From an uncultured Nitrososphaerota archaeon (GTDB lineage: Archaea; Thermoproteota; Methanomethylicia; Methanomethylicales; Methanomethylicaceae): a stretch of DNA of 64,000 nt. Of the stretch, positions 30,203-40,249 are shown piece after piece. The notes under the pieces are model-generated. The model was given only the letters and a program-made list of their open reading frames with translations, made no database searches and had not been told where the DNA came from. The first letter of the stretch is position 1, and each line of letters opens with the position of its first letter. The DNA lies in NCBI GenBank assembly GCA_964634735.1, contig CAZWMA010000002.1:5652-69651 (forward strand). Direction: 5' to 3'. The position numbers and the translations under genes were made by a program.

Positions 30203-30520
30203 GTGGTGACATGTATGGTATTCTGCTCGAAATGCGGTAAGGAACTCGCTGAGGATGCGTATTACTGCTCTAAGTGCGGTATAAGGACAGACATAGGAAA
30301 AGCTGCGGGCGTAAGGACGCCTTCGGAGGAGATCAAGGAGGCGTTTCTCGTTGCCGGAAAAGAGATGGAGAAGGCGTTCTCACAGGTCGCGAAGGAGGTT
30401 GATCAGGCGTTCGAGAAGATAAAAGACGTCAGGTCACCTAAGCTCAGGGACTGCTCGAAATGCGGCGAGAAGAACATTCCCGACGCGTACTACTGCCCGA
30501 AGTGTGGCAACAAGCTCTGA
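30203..30520 (+). CDS. double zinc-ribbon protein, hypothetical
   Basis: Two CxxC...CxxC pairs at the N- and C-termini. Confidence 0.45.
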   Translation: MVTCMVFCSKCGKELAEDAYYCSKCGIRTDIGKAAGVRTPSEEIKEAFLVAGKEMEKAFSQVAKEVDQAFEKIKDVRSPKLRDCSKCGEKNIPDAYYCPKCGNKL

Positions 30521-30545
30521 AAGGGAGCGCTCTGATCGAGCCCGG

Positions 30546-32227
30546 TTAAAGGGCTTCGATCTTTTCTTTTATGACGGCATTGAGCGCTGCGTCGTCGGCT
30601 ACGGACATTACCCTCCGGGGCTTCAACTGGCCGAGAGAGCGCCCGCTCTTTACCCTACGATCGGTTCCCTCCTCAACCAGCCGGTATGCGGAGGGCTTTG
30701 TTACGATGACTTTCACGAGATCGAGCATCAGCCCTACACTGAGGAAGGTGCCAACCGCATTCAAGCTCTTAAGTATCTTTGCCATGAAGGCATCGGGATC
30801 ATCTACGGGGGTTTCTGGGATGATGATAAAGACGAGCTTACCAGGTACCGTGTTTACATTGTAGAACTCCCACCAGCGGATGTTAGGAACCTTGAGCAGG
30901 TGTTCACTAACAACGCTGGAGTATATCCTTCCGCCCAGGAAATCGCCCTTCTCATCAGAGAGTTCGAAGTCCACTAGGTCGACAGACCTGCCTAGGTACT
31001 TTATTATAGGGAGCGTGAAAGAGAAATCGCTATGATCGAGTTTTATGGCGTGATCGTAAGCTGGATCGATGACCTCGATGATGTCACCGGTTGGGTATCG
31101 TATGAGTGGGAGGCTTTCGCCAGGCCGGTTGATTATCAGCCCCCCCCTCATTCCAGCGCGCCACTCGGGCCAAAGGATTGAGTCCACCTTTACGGAGTTG
31201 CCCTTCCGAGCTTTCATAACGTCCTCAGGCTTGGCAATCTCAGGGATGACATTCGTGAGCAGGTATGCGAAGCCAGGCTTGCCGCTGAAGAGCTGGACGC
31301 CCTGGGCAGGGGCTTCGGTGCTCCCGAAGCAATCATAGAACTTCATCTTTTTGTAATACTGGGAGAGCATATAAGGTTGGGCAAGATAGGCTCGGTGTAG
31401 GATAGCCCTATGGTCATGCTCTCAACAAGCTGCTTGAGAGCGGGGTAATCAACGCCCCTCAACAGGTACTTTACTATCAGCTTTGCGATGAAGTTCGGGA
31501 GGTTAATCTGTGCCTTCAAGCCTCGCATACAACCTCCTCTGCATATAGAGGGTCGTTTGCCACTCTCGCCATAACCATGTAGAGAAGCGGGGTCCCCGTC
31601 GCTACTTCGTAATGACCGGATTTTGAGGCCTTTCGCATGGCGTCGAAGAAATCAGCCTGCCCTGCGGGTGGAGTCGAGAGGTACTTCTCGATCTTCAACT
31701 TCTCTGCACCAATCTCGAAGAGCCTGTTCGAGAGCAACGGGTCGCGGGCGCCAAAGTTCCAATAGGGAGTCCACGGCCGCACGCCCATTGCGTAGCCTAT
31801 GACGGCGAAGGTGCTCGTCAGGTGCTCCACATCGGCTGCGCTGTAGTAAAACCGCTTCGGCTCGCCGGTGTATCCGGACGTCTGCCAGAAGAGGGGGGGC
31901 TTGGCAAGAAGGGTCTTTTCGAGACCATGCTGCTTTATGGAGCCGTAGACCCGGTCATAAAATAGCAGTGGAAGCTCCCTGAGCTCGCTTATGCCGGAGA
32001 TCGTGAATCTTGCCGGCATAGATAGGCGAAGCCTGCGCCTTCTCGGTCATCTCCTGGATGAGTGGGTCGTGGTAGGCGCGGTATTGAGGGTAAGTCCTGA
32101 AGATAGTCTTGGCGTAATCAACGATCTCCTTCTCGAACGCCACGGAATCCATATGATAACAACAACCAGATAGAGGGCTTCTAATTTTTGGATATTTAAG
32201 CGTATAGTTATCGACCTTGAGGCGCAA
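30546..32227 (-). pseudogene. phenylacetate-CoA ligase / coenzyme F390 synthetase-like (PaaK family) gene split across at least three reading frames
   Basis: ORF 31955-32227 carries an N-terminal PaaK-like segment. ORF 31516-32019 carries the AMP-binding motif WQTSGYTGEPK. ORF 30546-31370 carries the C-terminal domain. A 61-aa ORF in a fourth frame bridges the remaining gap. Confidence 0.55.
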
Positions 32228-32264
32228 CGGTCCTGCCCTCAGGCTACTGAAAAAAGAGGATTAG

Positions 32265-32434
32265 TGGGGCTGGAGGGACTTGAACCCTCGACATGCGGGT
32301 TTCCCCGCTCTAGCCGCTCCAGAAGACAATCATCCCTGAGCGGTCATATTGTCTAACTAGAGACCTCTGGAGCCCTTAACGAGGCAGCGGAATAACCGGT
32401 GCCTTGCCGTCATACCGTGCTAGACCACAGCCCC
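32265..32434 (-). tRNA. tRNA-like gene of ~170 nt with ~94 nt of intron-like insertion; isotype unresolved, possibly Trp(CCA)
   Basis: Perfect 7-bp acceptor GGGGCTG/CAGCCCC, a D-arm with A14/R15/G18/G19/A21, and T-arm GAGGG-TTCAAGT-CCCTC. CTCCAGA is present and pairs with a downstream TCTGGAG. No simple canonical anticodon arm could be built by eye. Confidence 0.45.
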
Positions 32435-32555
32435 ACTAGAGAGAGAAAAAGTATCCAGAATTATATAAACTTGAGTTTGCTCCGAAGGACAACGACAGCG
32501 ATGAGTCGCGTTTGGGTCATATATCAAGGACGGGGACTGATTTGTTTTAATAAAG

Positions 32556-32656
32556 TGGAGCCTCAGGCGGGATTCGGACCCGCGACCACCGCCTGTTTGG
32601 GCAGGGTTCCGCCCGGCTTACCAAGGCGGTGCTCTACCAGGCTGAGCCACTGAGGC
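32556..32656 (-). tRNA. tRNA-Thr(GGT) with a ~24-nt intron at 37/38, CCA encoded
   Basis: Acceptor GCCTCAG/CTGAGGC, D-arm GCTC..GAGC, anticodon stem CCGCC/GGCGG with loop TTGGTAA interrupted by 24 nt; T-loop TCCGAAT. Confidence 0.75.
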
Positions 32657-32996
32657 TTGCAGTATTCATACCAAAAGAGATGGTTAATTAAATTTTCCTA
32701 CGGAGTAAATTGGCTATAAGGCGCGAAAAGCACTTCAATCAACCAACAAAGAACAAAACGAGCAGGTCGAATGGCGGGTTAAAGTAAAACTTTAGGGATG
32801 CATACTAACGTTATGTCAAATGCAAGGTTAGTGCGATAATCATACCAGAGAGTGTTGTGGCAAATAAGTGGATAAGAAAACACAGTGTGCATCTACGGTC
32901 TTAGAAAGAAGATAGTTCGTCTTGAATCCTTTTCATATGAAACAGCATGCTTATCATATATTTTTGCTGTTAAGCAATCGCGTATTGGTGATTGAT

Positions 32997-34055
32997 GTGA
33001 AGAGCCGCGCTGCGACAAAAATTCAGGCTTCAATATTTCTTGCGATAATAATAGGAGCGTCTGTTGCGGCCGCATATGTCGCTTCCGGATATCTCGGAAA
33101 AAGTCAGAGCGGGCCTGTGACTGTCGTAGATATGGCAGGCAGAAGCGTCAGTCTGCCTGAGAAGGTAGAGAGAGTCATCATAATGAACACTTACTGGACG
33201 GAGATAGCGTGCGCAGTAGGAGCAGGCAGCAAGATTGTTGGCGTCGGCAAAGACATTGCTTCTTCAGTATTCATACCAGAGGGCGTCAGAAACCTGACAA
33301 ACGTGGGGAGCCTCTTCTCTGGAATAAACCTCGAAACGGTCATATCGCTTGATCCGGATGTAGTTATAATGGACTACACCTATGGAAAGGCTCTTGACAT
33401 CATCAGTATCCTTGAAAATAAGAACGTCTCAGTCGTATGCCTCACCGCAACAAGCTTCCAAGGTCAGCTCAATGCCACGCTCATCATTGGAAAGGTGCTC
33501 GGCGCCGAAGAGAAGGCGCAGCAGCTCGTAACATACCTCTCCGCTGAGCAAGCGAAAATAACAGCTGTTGCCTCATCGATTCCGGTTGCGTCAAAGCCCG
33601 AGGTCCTAATCTGCGACTTGAGCGTCTGGGGGCAAGGTCTCGTTTACACATATGTCAACACGTCGTGGGGGCAGACGGTTATCGATGTCGGCGGTGTCAA
33701 TATGGCTATGGAGGAGTACGCGAATTCATCCTGGGTCAAGATTAGCTTGGAGAAGATACTTGCCTGGGATCCGGATATAATAATCATACTTGGCAGGGAT
33801 AATGCTACGCTGACAGCCCAAATGAGCGCCCTGAATGGCACAGCGTGGGAGCAGCTTGAGGCTGTAAAGGAAGACAAGGTTTATGGAATGCTGATAGGGG
33901 CAAAGGAGAATGGATGCTACCTCGACTGGACACCGAGAATGCTTATCGGTGAGATGATGATGGCCAAGTTGGTCAACCCCAATTATTACACCGGCTTTGA
34001 TGTCGAAGCCGTGAAGAGCGCGTTGTCGTCTACATACTACAATTCGACACTCTGA
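32997..34055 (+). CDS. periplasmic-binding-protein type substrate-binding protein (Fe-siderophore/cobalamin class), orphan
   Basis: GTG start giving a signal peptide, a PBP class III-like sequence, and many N-x-S/T sequons; no cognate permease or ATPase adjacent. Confidence 0.65.
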   Translation: MKSRAATKIQASIFLAIIIGASVAAAYVASGYLGKSQSGPVTVVDMAGRSVSLPEKVERVIIMNTYWTEIACAVGAGSKIVGVGKDIASSVFIPEGVRNLTNVGSLFSGINLETVISLDPDVVIMDYTYGKALDIISILENKNVSVVCLTATSFQGQLNATLIIGKVLGAEEKAQQLVTYLSAEQAKITAVASSIPVASKPEVLICDLSVWGQGLVYTYVNTSWGQTVIDVGGVNMAMEEYANSSWVKISLEKILAWDPDIIIILGRDNATLTAQMSALNGTAWEQLEAVKEDKVYGMLIGAKENGCYLDWTPRMLIGEMMMAKLVNPNYYTGFDVEAVKSALSSTYYNSTL

Positions 34056-34134
34056 GTTGGGTTCAGGGCGTCGGCTAATTCTGACGCACGGTTAGGCAAT
34101 CCTTAAGAGTAAAACGGTAAAATTATGATTAAGC

Positions 34135-34678
34135 GTGATTTCCATGAGGTGGACTTCACCATCGCTTTTGGGGATAGTCGGCATAGCCGTCTTATTGATC
34201 AGCATTAATGTCGCAATTAGCCAAGCACCTTGGTTCAACTGGGTAAACAATGCGCTCAGCGACTTGGGCAACCTCAACCGCGGCAACGCTGCAATTTTTA
34301 ACGTTGGCCTCCTCTCATCGGGGTTCCTAATAGCACTATGCTTTGATCGGAATGAGAAAGCATGCGCCCAAGTCTGCTTACCTCTTGGCACTTACCGGAT
34401 TTTCCATGCAGCTCACAGGGTTGCTGTGCGAAAATTACGGGAGGATACATTACCTTGTCTCAATATTGCTCTTCGTCTCGCTCCTGTTTTCATCGTTGGC
34501 ATACTTTGCAGAGAAGAGATACTATCCGGCACTCATCGCCATCTTAGCGATTCCGATATGGATAATTCATTTCCAGGGCATCATTGTGCCCGGAGCGGCA
34601 ATCCCGGAGATTGTCTCGGCTTCTTTGGCATTCCCCTGGGTAATTCGCTCTTCAATAAGGGCATATAGAGGGGATTAA
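34135..34678 (+). pseudogene. DUF998-family membrane protein, apparently frameshifted
   Basis: The N-terminal ~70 aa (ORF 34135..) and the remainder (ORF 34343..34678, +2 frame) are both membrane-like and together resemble the intact DUF998 paralog at 48823-49401 (SDLG motif). Confidence 0.4.
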
Positions 34679-34711
34679 AAACCCCTCAAAATCGGTCCGT
34701 GGTGCAAAAAA

Positions 34712-35233
34712 TTACTTCTTCCTTAGCTTCAAGAAGGCTACGATAATGATCCCGATGCAAACAACGACCATGCCTGCTTGCGAGATGACGTCCACGAGAG
34801 GCGCAGTCTGCTTCGACATTATCCCATAGAGTGCCCAGACGAGGACGGCTGCGAGGATTACATCCCTCCTTGTTGCCAATACGAGGAAGTTTATGGCGAT
34901 GGCCACTACGATTACAAGCACGGTCCAAGTTTCTGCGCTGAGGATTGACGTTATCCAAGCCGACGTCATGAAAGCTGATGCGGTATTTGCGATGGTTGCG
35001 ACCGTTATCCAACCAAGGTAGAGGCTGAAGGGGGCGCGAACGCATATGTGCTCTTTCATTGATGCGCTGGACTTGCCTATGCCCAGTCGGAGGTATATCG
35101 CAATCAGGGAACCGAGTAGCACGAGCATCAGGAGCACTGAGAGCTGGATGTAGCCGTAGTGCCATAGGAAGAGCCACGCGCAATATGCTCGCATATGTAT
35201 TAACGGCAAAGGTAAGAATGAAGGCGGCGACAT
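34712..35233 (-). CDS. integral membrane protein (5 TM), hypothetical
   Basis: Hydrophobic 173-aa ORF. Confidence 0.4.
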   Translation of the reverse strand: MSPPSFLPLPLIHMRAYCAWLFLWHYGYIQLSVLLMLVLLGSLIAIYLRLGIGKSSASMKEHICVRAPFSLYLGWITVATIANTASAFMTSAWITSILSAETWTVLVIVVAIAINFLVLATRRDVILAAVLVWALYGIMSKQTAPLVDVISQAGMVVVCIGIIIVAFLKLRKK

Positions 35234-35349
35234 TAGCCAACCTGTATATTATTGATGACATAAGAGTAGTTTTGTGCACTGTTACTTAAACCAATCCGTT
35301 AAAATGACCAAAATAGGAGAAAAAATGCTGCGGGGTGGCGTTTGCACGA

Positions 35350-36630
35350 TTATAGCAAGAGCTGCAAGCGGGATGCTCTGCTGCCTCTGATGATCGTCGA
35401 GTCCCTCCCGGCTGTCCTTGCGATGATTTTGCCGCCCTTGATAACGGCTAGGCGCGCAGGCTGGTCCCTGATAGCAGAAAGTTCGTCGTGCGCATCGACC
35501 ACTACGAGGTCAGCAGTCTTACCGGGTGCTATGCCGTAGTGCTCGGATATACCAAGCGCTTTGGCGGAGTTAATCGTCACAAGATCCAGGCAGGATAGTA
35601 ATTCATCCCGCCCGGTCAGCTGCCCAACGTGGATGCCTATGAAGAGGGATTGCAGGATGTCCCCCCGCCCTAACGGATACCACGGATCCATTATGCAATC
35701 GTTCCCTAGGGCCACGTTCACACCGTACTGCACCAGCTCCTTAATCCGTGCCATGCCTCTCCGCTTTGGGTAGGTATCATGCCTCCCTTGAAGATGGATA
35801 TTGACGGGAGGATTCGGGATAATCGTGACGTCCGCACGCTTCAGGAGCCCAAATAGCTTTGACGCGTAAGCGTTGTTGTAGGAGTGCATTGCGGTCGCAT
35901 GCCCAGCAGTAACCTTCCCCTCGTAACCTGACCTTATGGCGCATGCGGCAACGACCTCAAGAAAGCGTGACATCTCGTCGTCGGTCTCGTCGACGTGTCC
36001 ATCTACCCTCCTTCCGTACTTCTTGGCTATCTCGAATGCCTTCTCGACGGACCTGATGCCGTCCTCACGGGTGTACTCGATGTGAGGGGCCATGCCAACG
36101 TTGTCTGCTCCCATCTCCATCGCCTTCTCAAGGAGCTCCAGGTTGCCAGGCTCGGTCAGGATGCCGTCTTGCGGGAAGGCAGTTACCTCAAGATCGATGA
36201 TATCCCGGATCTCGGATTTCAGTTCCAGAAGTCCTTTGAGAGTAGTTAGCGTGGGTTCCGTCACATCCGCGTGCGTCCGTATCCGTGTCGTCCCGTATGA
36301 AGCACTCCACTCACAAGCCAGCCTCGCCCTTCGCTTCATCTCGCCTATCTTTATCGATTTCTTGTACTCGCCCCAGATCGCAATCCCCTCCTGGAGTGTT
36401 CCTGATTCGTTAAAGCGCGGCACTCCAAGGGTCATAGCAGAGTCCAAGTGGAGATGCATGTCAGAGAACGACGGCAAGACCAGGTTACCGTGCGCGTCGA
36501 CCGCATTTTCTGCATCTGCCCGGATATTTGGCGCGATCCGTGTGATCAGGTTACTCTCAATTAGGATATCGTTAAGGCGTTCTGAGCCCCGGATGGCGGC
36601 GTTTTTTATGAGAAGATCGGCAGCCATCAA
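35350..36630 (-). CDS. amidohydrolase-family protein (cytosine deaminase-like)
   Basis: Metal-binding HxH motif (SFSDMHLHLD) and an amidohydrolase fold. Confidence 0.7.
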   Translation of the reverse strand: MMAADLLIKNAAIRGSERLNDILIESNLITRIAPNIRADAENAVDAHGNLVLPSFSDMHLHLDSAMTLGVPRFNESGTLQEGIAIWGEYKKSIKIGEMKRRARLACEWSASYGTTRIRTHADVTEPTLTTLKGLLELKSEIRDIIDLEVTAFPQDGILTEPGNLELLEKAMEMGADNVGMAPHIEYTREDGIRSVEKAFEIAKKYGRRVDGHVDETDDEMSRFLEVVAACAIRSGYEGKVTAGHATAMHSYNNAYASKLFGLLKRADVTIIPNPPVNIHLQGRHDTYPKRRGMARIKELVQYGVNVALGNDCIMDPWYPLGRGDILQSLFIGIHVGQLTGRDELLSCLDLVTINSAKALGISEHYGIAPGKTADLVVVDAHDELSAIRDQPARLAVIKGGKIIARTAGRDSTIIRGSRASRLQLLL

Positions 36631-36690
36631 GAATTACCTGAGTAACCTCTGACTTGGTCATTAATAACAGGATTGCTGATGAATTCGGTA

Positions 36691-37293
36691 TTATTCGAGC
36701 AGCAGTAGCGTGAATGTTGGCAAGTCCTCGGAGCGTGCAACCGCCTTCGTAGGGGATATGGCGATGGAGAGACCTGCAAGCTCTGCTGTTTTGAAGACGT
36801 CTATGCCAGCAGCCTCCAGCGATGGCCTAGCGACAGCTGGAAACCGACAGTCCCTGCAGGCAGCATCATCCTTGAGCACGCAATCCGGGCATCTGACACA
36901 CTTGTGCGCGCCATATGAGAAAGCCTTGTGGTATCCTGAGAGAAATGCGTGGCGTTCCATTGCAGTCACTGCATCGCAGACATGTATGCTGAGGGAGCGT
37001 ATGCTCTCCCTGAGAGCCTTTGGGGGATAGCTGTCGAACCCCAAAAAGCCTTCATATTTGATAAGGAAAGCTTCGGAGTATTCATTCAGAACCTTCCTTG
37101 TCTCATCTGGGGTGGGACTGTACGGAGGGCAGGTTAGTCGCTTACCGTAGTTCTTGCAGCCGTACTGGCACTTGAGTCGAACCCAGTGAGCGGTTATGAT
37201 ATTGGACGGGGGAATCCTCATGAAGCGTTGAGCTCCGCTCTTGAGGGCAATCTCTCGCAAATCCTGTTGCATCCTTTCAATGGGAAGCTTCAA
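36691..37293 (-). CDS. DUF2284-like predicted metal-binding protein
   Basis: Several Cys clusters (CQYGCKNYG...CPPY, CVRCPDC...CRDC). Confidence 0.45.
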   Translation of the reverse strand: MKLPIERMQQDLREIALKSGAQRFMRIPPSNIITAHWVRLKCQYGCKNYGKRLTCPPYSPTPDETRKVLNEYSEAFLIKYEGFLGFDSYPPKALRESIRSLSIHVCDAVTAMERHAFLSGYHKAFSYGAHKCVRCPDCVLKDDAACRDCRFPAVARPSLEAAGIDVFKTAELAGLSIAISPTKAVARSEDLPTFTLLLLE

Positions 37294-37447
37294 CGGAGAT
37301 TACCTGAATATGTTATTGGTATACGGATATTAAGGGTAATCGGATATTGAAAGGTTTGCAGGTCAGGACAGGCGATTTGCACTTCCATAAATCTCTGTCG
37401 GGGTTTTCTTATTACCCAGAAACGCCATAGTCCATAAGGGGGTTAGA

Positions 37448-38266
37448 ATGCCCAAGACGCTTAGGGAGGAGTTTCCGAGCGTTATTGACGTCGCTTATAG
37501 TGAATATAAGAAACACCAGCACGTCTTCGACATAATGAGCAAAGACGCTGTTTTTGTAGAGCCAAACGCAACAATGATGGAAGCAGCTAAAATAATGGGG
37601 GAGAGGAGGATAGGAAGCCTCCTGCTCGTTGGCGATGAGCGACCATCCGGAATAATCACTGAGAGGGATCTGCTGACAAGGGTCATAGCATCCAACAAGG
37701 ATCCCAAAAAGATAATCGTTAAGGAAGTTGCCTCGCCTAGGCTCATCACCATCAGGCCCTATGCTTCAATCAAGGAAGCGGCAAAGACGATGATAAGGCA
37801 GAAGGGCAGGCTCGTAGTTATGGAGGAGAGGCGCCTCCATGGAGTCGTGACGGCGTCCGACCTCATCAGATCGATGCCCGACGCGCCAGAGACCGCTGTG
37901 AAGGTCAAGGATTATATGACGAAGGAAGTCAGACATGCCGACCCGAAAGGGAAAGTTATCGACATTGCCAAGATTATGGGGAAGGAGAGGATAGGGTCGG
38001 TATTAGTGAACAAGGGCGGTAAACCCTGGGGGATATTCACTGAGCGGGACCTGCTAACCAAGGTAATTTACAAGGGAGGGGGGCTCGATGAGGAGATAGG
38101 AGGCTACTCTTCTTCACCGCTAGTGACCGTCGGTCCTGATTGGAGCATCCACAAGTCTGCCAAGTTGATGACGCAGAAGCACGTGAGGAGACTCCCGGTC
38201 ATCGACGGAGGCAGGATTGTTGGCATAATAACTGCGAGAGACCTCGTCGAAGCGTATGCGATGTAA
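37448..38266 (+). CDS. CBS-domain protein (four CBS repeats)
   Basis: Repeated CBS motif pattern (ITERDLLTKV..., VTASDLIR..., ITARDLVEA). Confidence 0.75.
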   Translation: MPKTLREEFPSVIDVAYSEYKKHQHVFDIMSKDAVFVEPNATMMEAAKIMGERRIGSLLLVGDERPSGIITERDLLTRVIASNKDPKKIIVKEVASPRLITIRPYASIKEAAKTMIRQKGRLVVMEERRLHGVVTASDLIRSMPDAPETAVKVKDYMTKEVRHADPKGKVIDIAKIMGKERIGSVLVNKGGKPWGIFTERDLLTKVIYKGGGLDEEIGGYSSSPLVTVGPDWSIHKSAKLMTQKHVRRLPVIDGGRIVGIITARDLVEAYAM

Positions 38267-38370
38267 TCCAGGTTGGTTATGGCCGACGGATAACGCTGTA
38301 AAAAGCTGGAGGGCGGCGTTAGCTGTGGATGTTTTTGCCTCACTATGTAGTCTTGTCAAACCAAACCTAG

Positions 38371-38623
38371 AATGTAGAGATCATCAATACAAAGCCTGAA
38401 CGGATCAAGGAAGTTAACCGAGAGATCGAAGCGCTTGGCGTAAAAGTTGTTTACCGGTTTGAAGCGCGCGATCTCTACGACTTTGTCAACATAATCGAAG
38501 CTCCAAACAATGAAACGGCACACCTCATGTCAGCAATGTTTGGCTCGCGCGGCACAGTGAAGATCTTTACCAGCGGTAACCGTCGACGCCTTCATCGAGA
38601 GAATCAAAACAGGCAAGATGTGA
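38371..38623 (+). pseudogene. GYD-domain-like ORF lacking a canonical start and with a likely frameshift near its 3' end
   Basis: The translation ...FEARDLYDFVNIIEAPNNETAHLMSAMFGSRGTV resembles the GYD family. No in-frame ATG follows the upstream stop. The expected C-terminus (VDAFIERIKTGKM*) is in a different frame. Confidence 0.3.
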
Positions 38624-38687
38624 AAGGCATTTCTGGGCGCTGCCTTCTTCTTTTGTTGCTAATGCATTTATTCCCGATGAATAAATA

Positions 38688-39044
38688 TTGTTTGAGGGCT
38701 TTAATTTGGATGACATGAAAGAGACATCTGGAAAGGTTGAGGGCACCGTAAAGTTGAGCAAATTGGTTGATTACCAGAAAGCGGTGATTGCGAGTCGGAC
38801 GCTTATAGACAAGGATGCCGGGACAGTGACGCTGTTCGCGTTCGATGAGGGACAGAAGCTGAGTGAGCATACCGCCCCCTATGATGCCATGGTGTATGTC
38901 TTAGACGGCGAGGCAGAGGTCACAATCGAGAAGAAGGCATCGAGGCTGAAGGAGGGCGACATGGTGATAATGCCGGCGAACAAGCCACATGCGGTGAGGG
39001 CGGTAAAGAAGTTCAAGATGCTTCTGATAATGGTCAGGGAATGA
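38688..39044 (+). CDS. cupin-domain protein
   Basis: Cupin motifs (SEHTAPYDAMVYVLDGEAEV...GDMVIMPANKPHAV). Confidence 0.7.
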   Translation: MFEGFNLDDMKETSGKVEGTVKLSKLVDYQKAVIASRTLIDKDAGTVTLFAFDEGQKLSEHTAPYDAMVYVLDGEAEVTIEKKASRLKEGDMVIMPANKPHAVRAVKKFKMLLIMVRE

Positions 39045-39083
39045 ATTACGCCGCAGCATTTTTCCTTTTTTGGATAAAAGTTA

Positions 39084-39185
39084 GTGCGGGGAGAGGGATT
39101 CGAACCCTCGAAGTCCTTCGACAAAGGATAACCCATCTAGGCAGATCTTGAGTCCTTCCCCTTTGACCTGGCTCGGGGATCCCCG
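39084..39185 (-). tRNA. tRNA-Leu(CAA) with a ~16-nt intron at 37/38
   Basis: Acceptor GCGGGGA/TCCCCGC, D-arm CCC-GAGCCAGGTCAAAG-GGG, anticodon AAGGA-CTCAAG[intron]A-TCCTT, long variable arm GTC-GAAG-GAC, T-arm GAGGG-TTCGAAT-CCCTC. Confidence 0.75.
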
Positions 39186-39275
39186 CTCAGAATCAAGAGA
39201 GATGTCTGGAATATTTAACCTTCACGCAGGCGATTTGCTTGTAATCTCGCCTGCGATTAGGAAAAATCAAAAAAA

Positions 39276-39515
39276 TCACGGGAACAGGTATGGTAAGGCG
39301 AACATGATTATTATCAAAGCGCCCATGGCACCTATGAAGATGTAGCTCATCTTCTGCTGGCGCTTATAATTAGTCGCCTCTTGAGTGTACTTCGCCTCGC
39401 AGATCTCGGAGCAGTACTTATCGCCCTCAGGAACTGCAATACCGCAAACGGTGCAATGTGAGTGTGGACCCCATTTGTCTTCGTCTCTTCTCTTTGACAT
39501 TCTTATCACCATCAC
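39276..39515 (-). CDS. small zinc-ribbon plus C-terminal TM protein, hypothetical
   Basis: CTVCG...CSEIC followed by a hydrophobic tail; its ATG overlaps the pyrH stop (ATGA). Confidence 0.4.
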   Translation of the reverse strand: MMVIRMSKRRDEDKWGPHSHCTVCGIAVPEGDKYCSEICEAKYTQEATNYKRQQKMSYIFIGAMGALIIIMFALPYLFP

Positions 39516-40191
39516 GGGACGACGGTCGTGCCTATTGGATCGCCCCTAATAGCCTTCAGGACATTCATAGGGTCTCTGCCGTCTATTATCTTTGTGGTTA
39601 TCTTTGATCGTCGAATTATCTTGAGGGCGACAGGGTCGAGCAACTCGTATTCGCCGGCTTTTGTGCCAGCACCTTCGCAAGGTCGTCCGCAGTAATTTGG
39701 AGGAATTTCTTGGCAGATGGGTCTCTCCTCGGATCCTTAGAATAGACTCCATCAACGGTCGTTGTATTGATTAGTAGCTTAGAGCCTGATCGCTCGGCTA
39801 GGACACCTGCTACGGCGTTCGTCGACTGACCCGGCTGCAACCCGCCCATGACAACGACATTCCCCGAAGCGAGGGCACGATCGAGCTGGTCGAAGCTCTT
39901 TGGTATGAAGGGGTAGGCGATGTCGCCCAACGCGACAGCCATTATCTTGGCATTGAGGCATGCGACGGTGATTCCAACCTGGTCGCAGGTTGATTCATCT
40001 GATCCGTTATTCCTTGCCATCCGGATGTAGTACCGGGCGGGCTCGCCTCCGCCGACCACCAAGTAGACGTTGTGTTTCTCTGCTTTCAGCTCCTTTACGA
40101 GTTTCACGTATCCGGAGAAGTCCGGCTGCGAGTCGAGTGATGGAAAAAGTATGTGACCGCTCAGCTTTATTGTGACGTTCAAGGCGTTCAC
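39513..40191 (-). CDS. pyrH: uridylate (UMP) kinase, with an apparent single-nucleotide frameshift near 39670-39690
   Basis: N-terminal UMP kinase sequence (VTIKLSGHIL...VVGGG...) from the GTG at 40191. The conserved C-terminus (...AGEYELLDPVALKIIRRSKITTKIIDGRDPMNVLKAIRGDPIGTTVVP*) lies in a different frame, so the annotated long ORF reads through wrongly. Confidence 0.6.
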
Positions 40192-40249
40192 CGCAGAAAC
40201 TTTAAGAATGAAGATATATAAATGATAACGTCTTTTCATTAGCCCAGAG

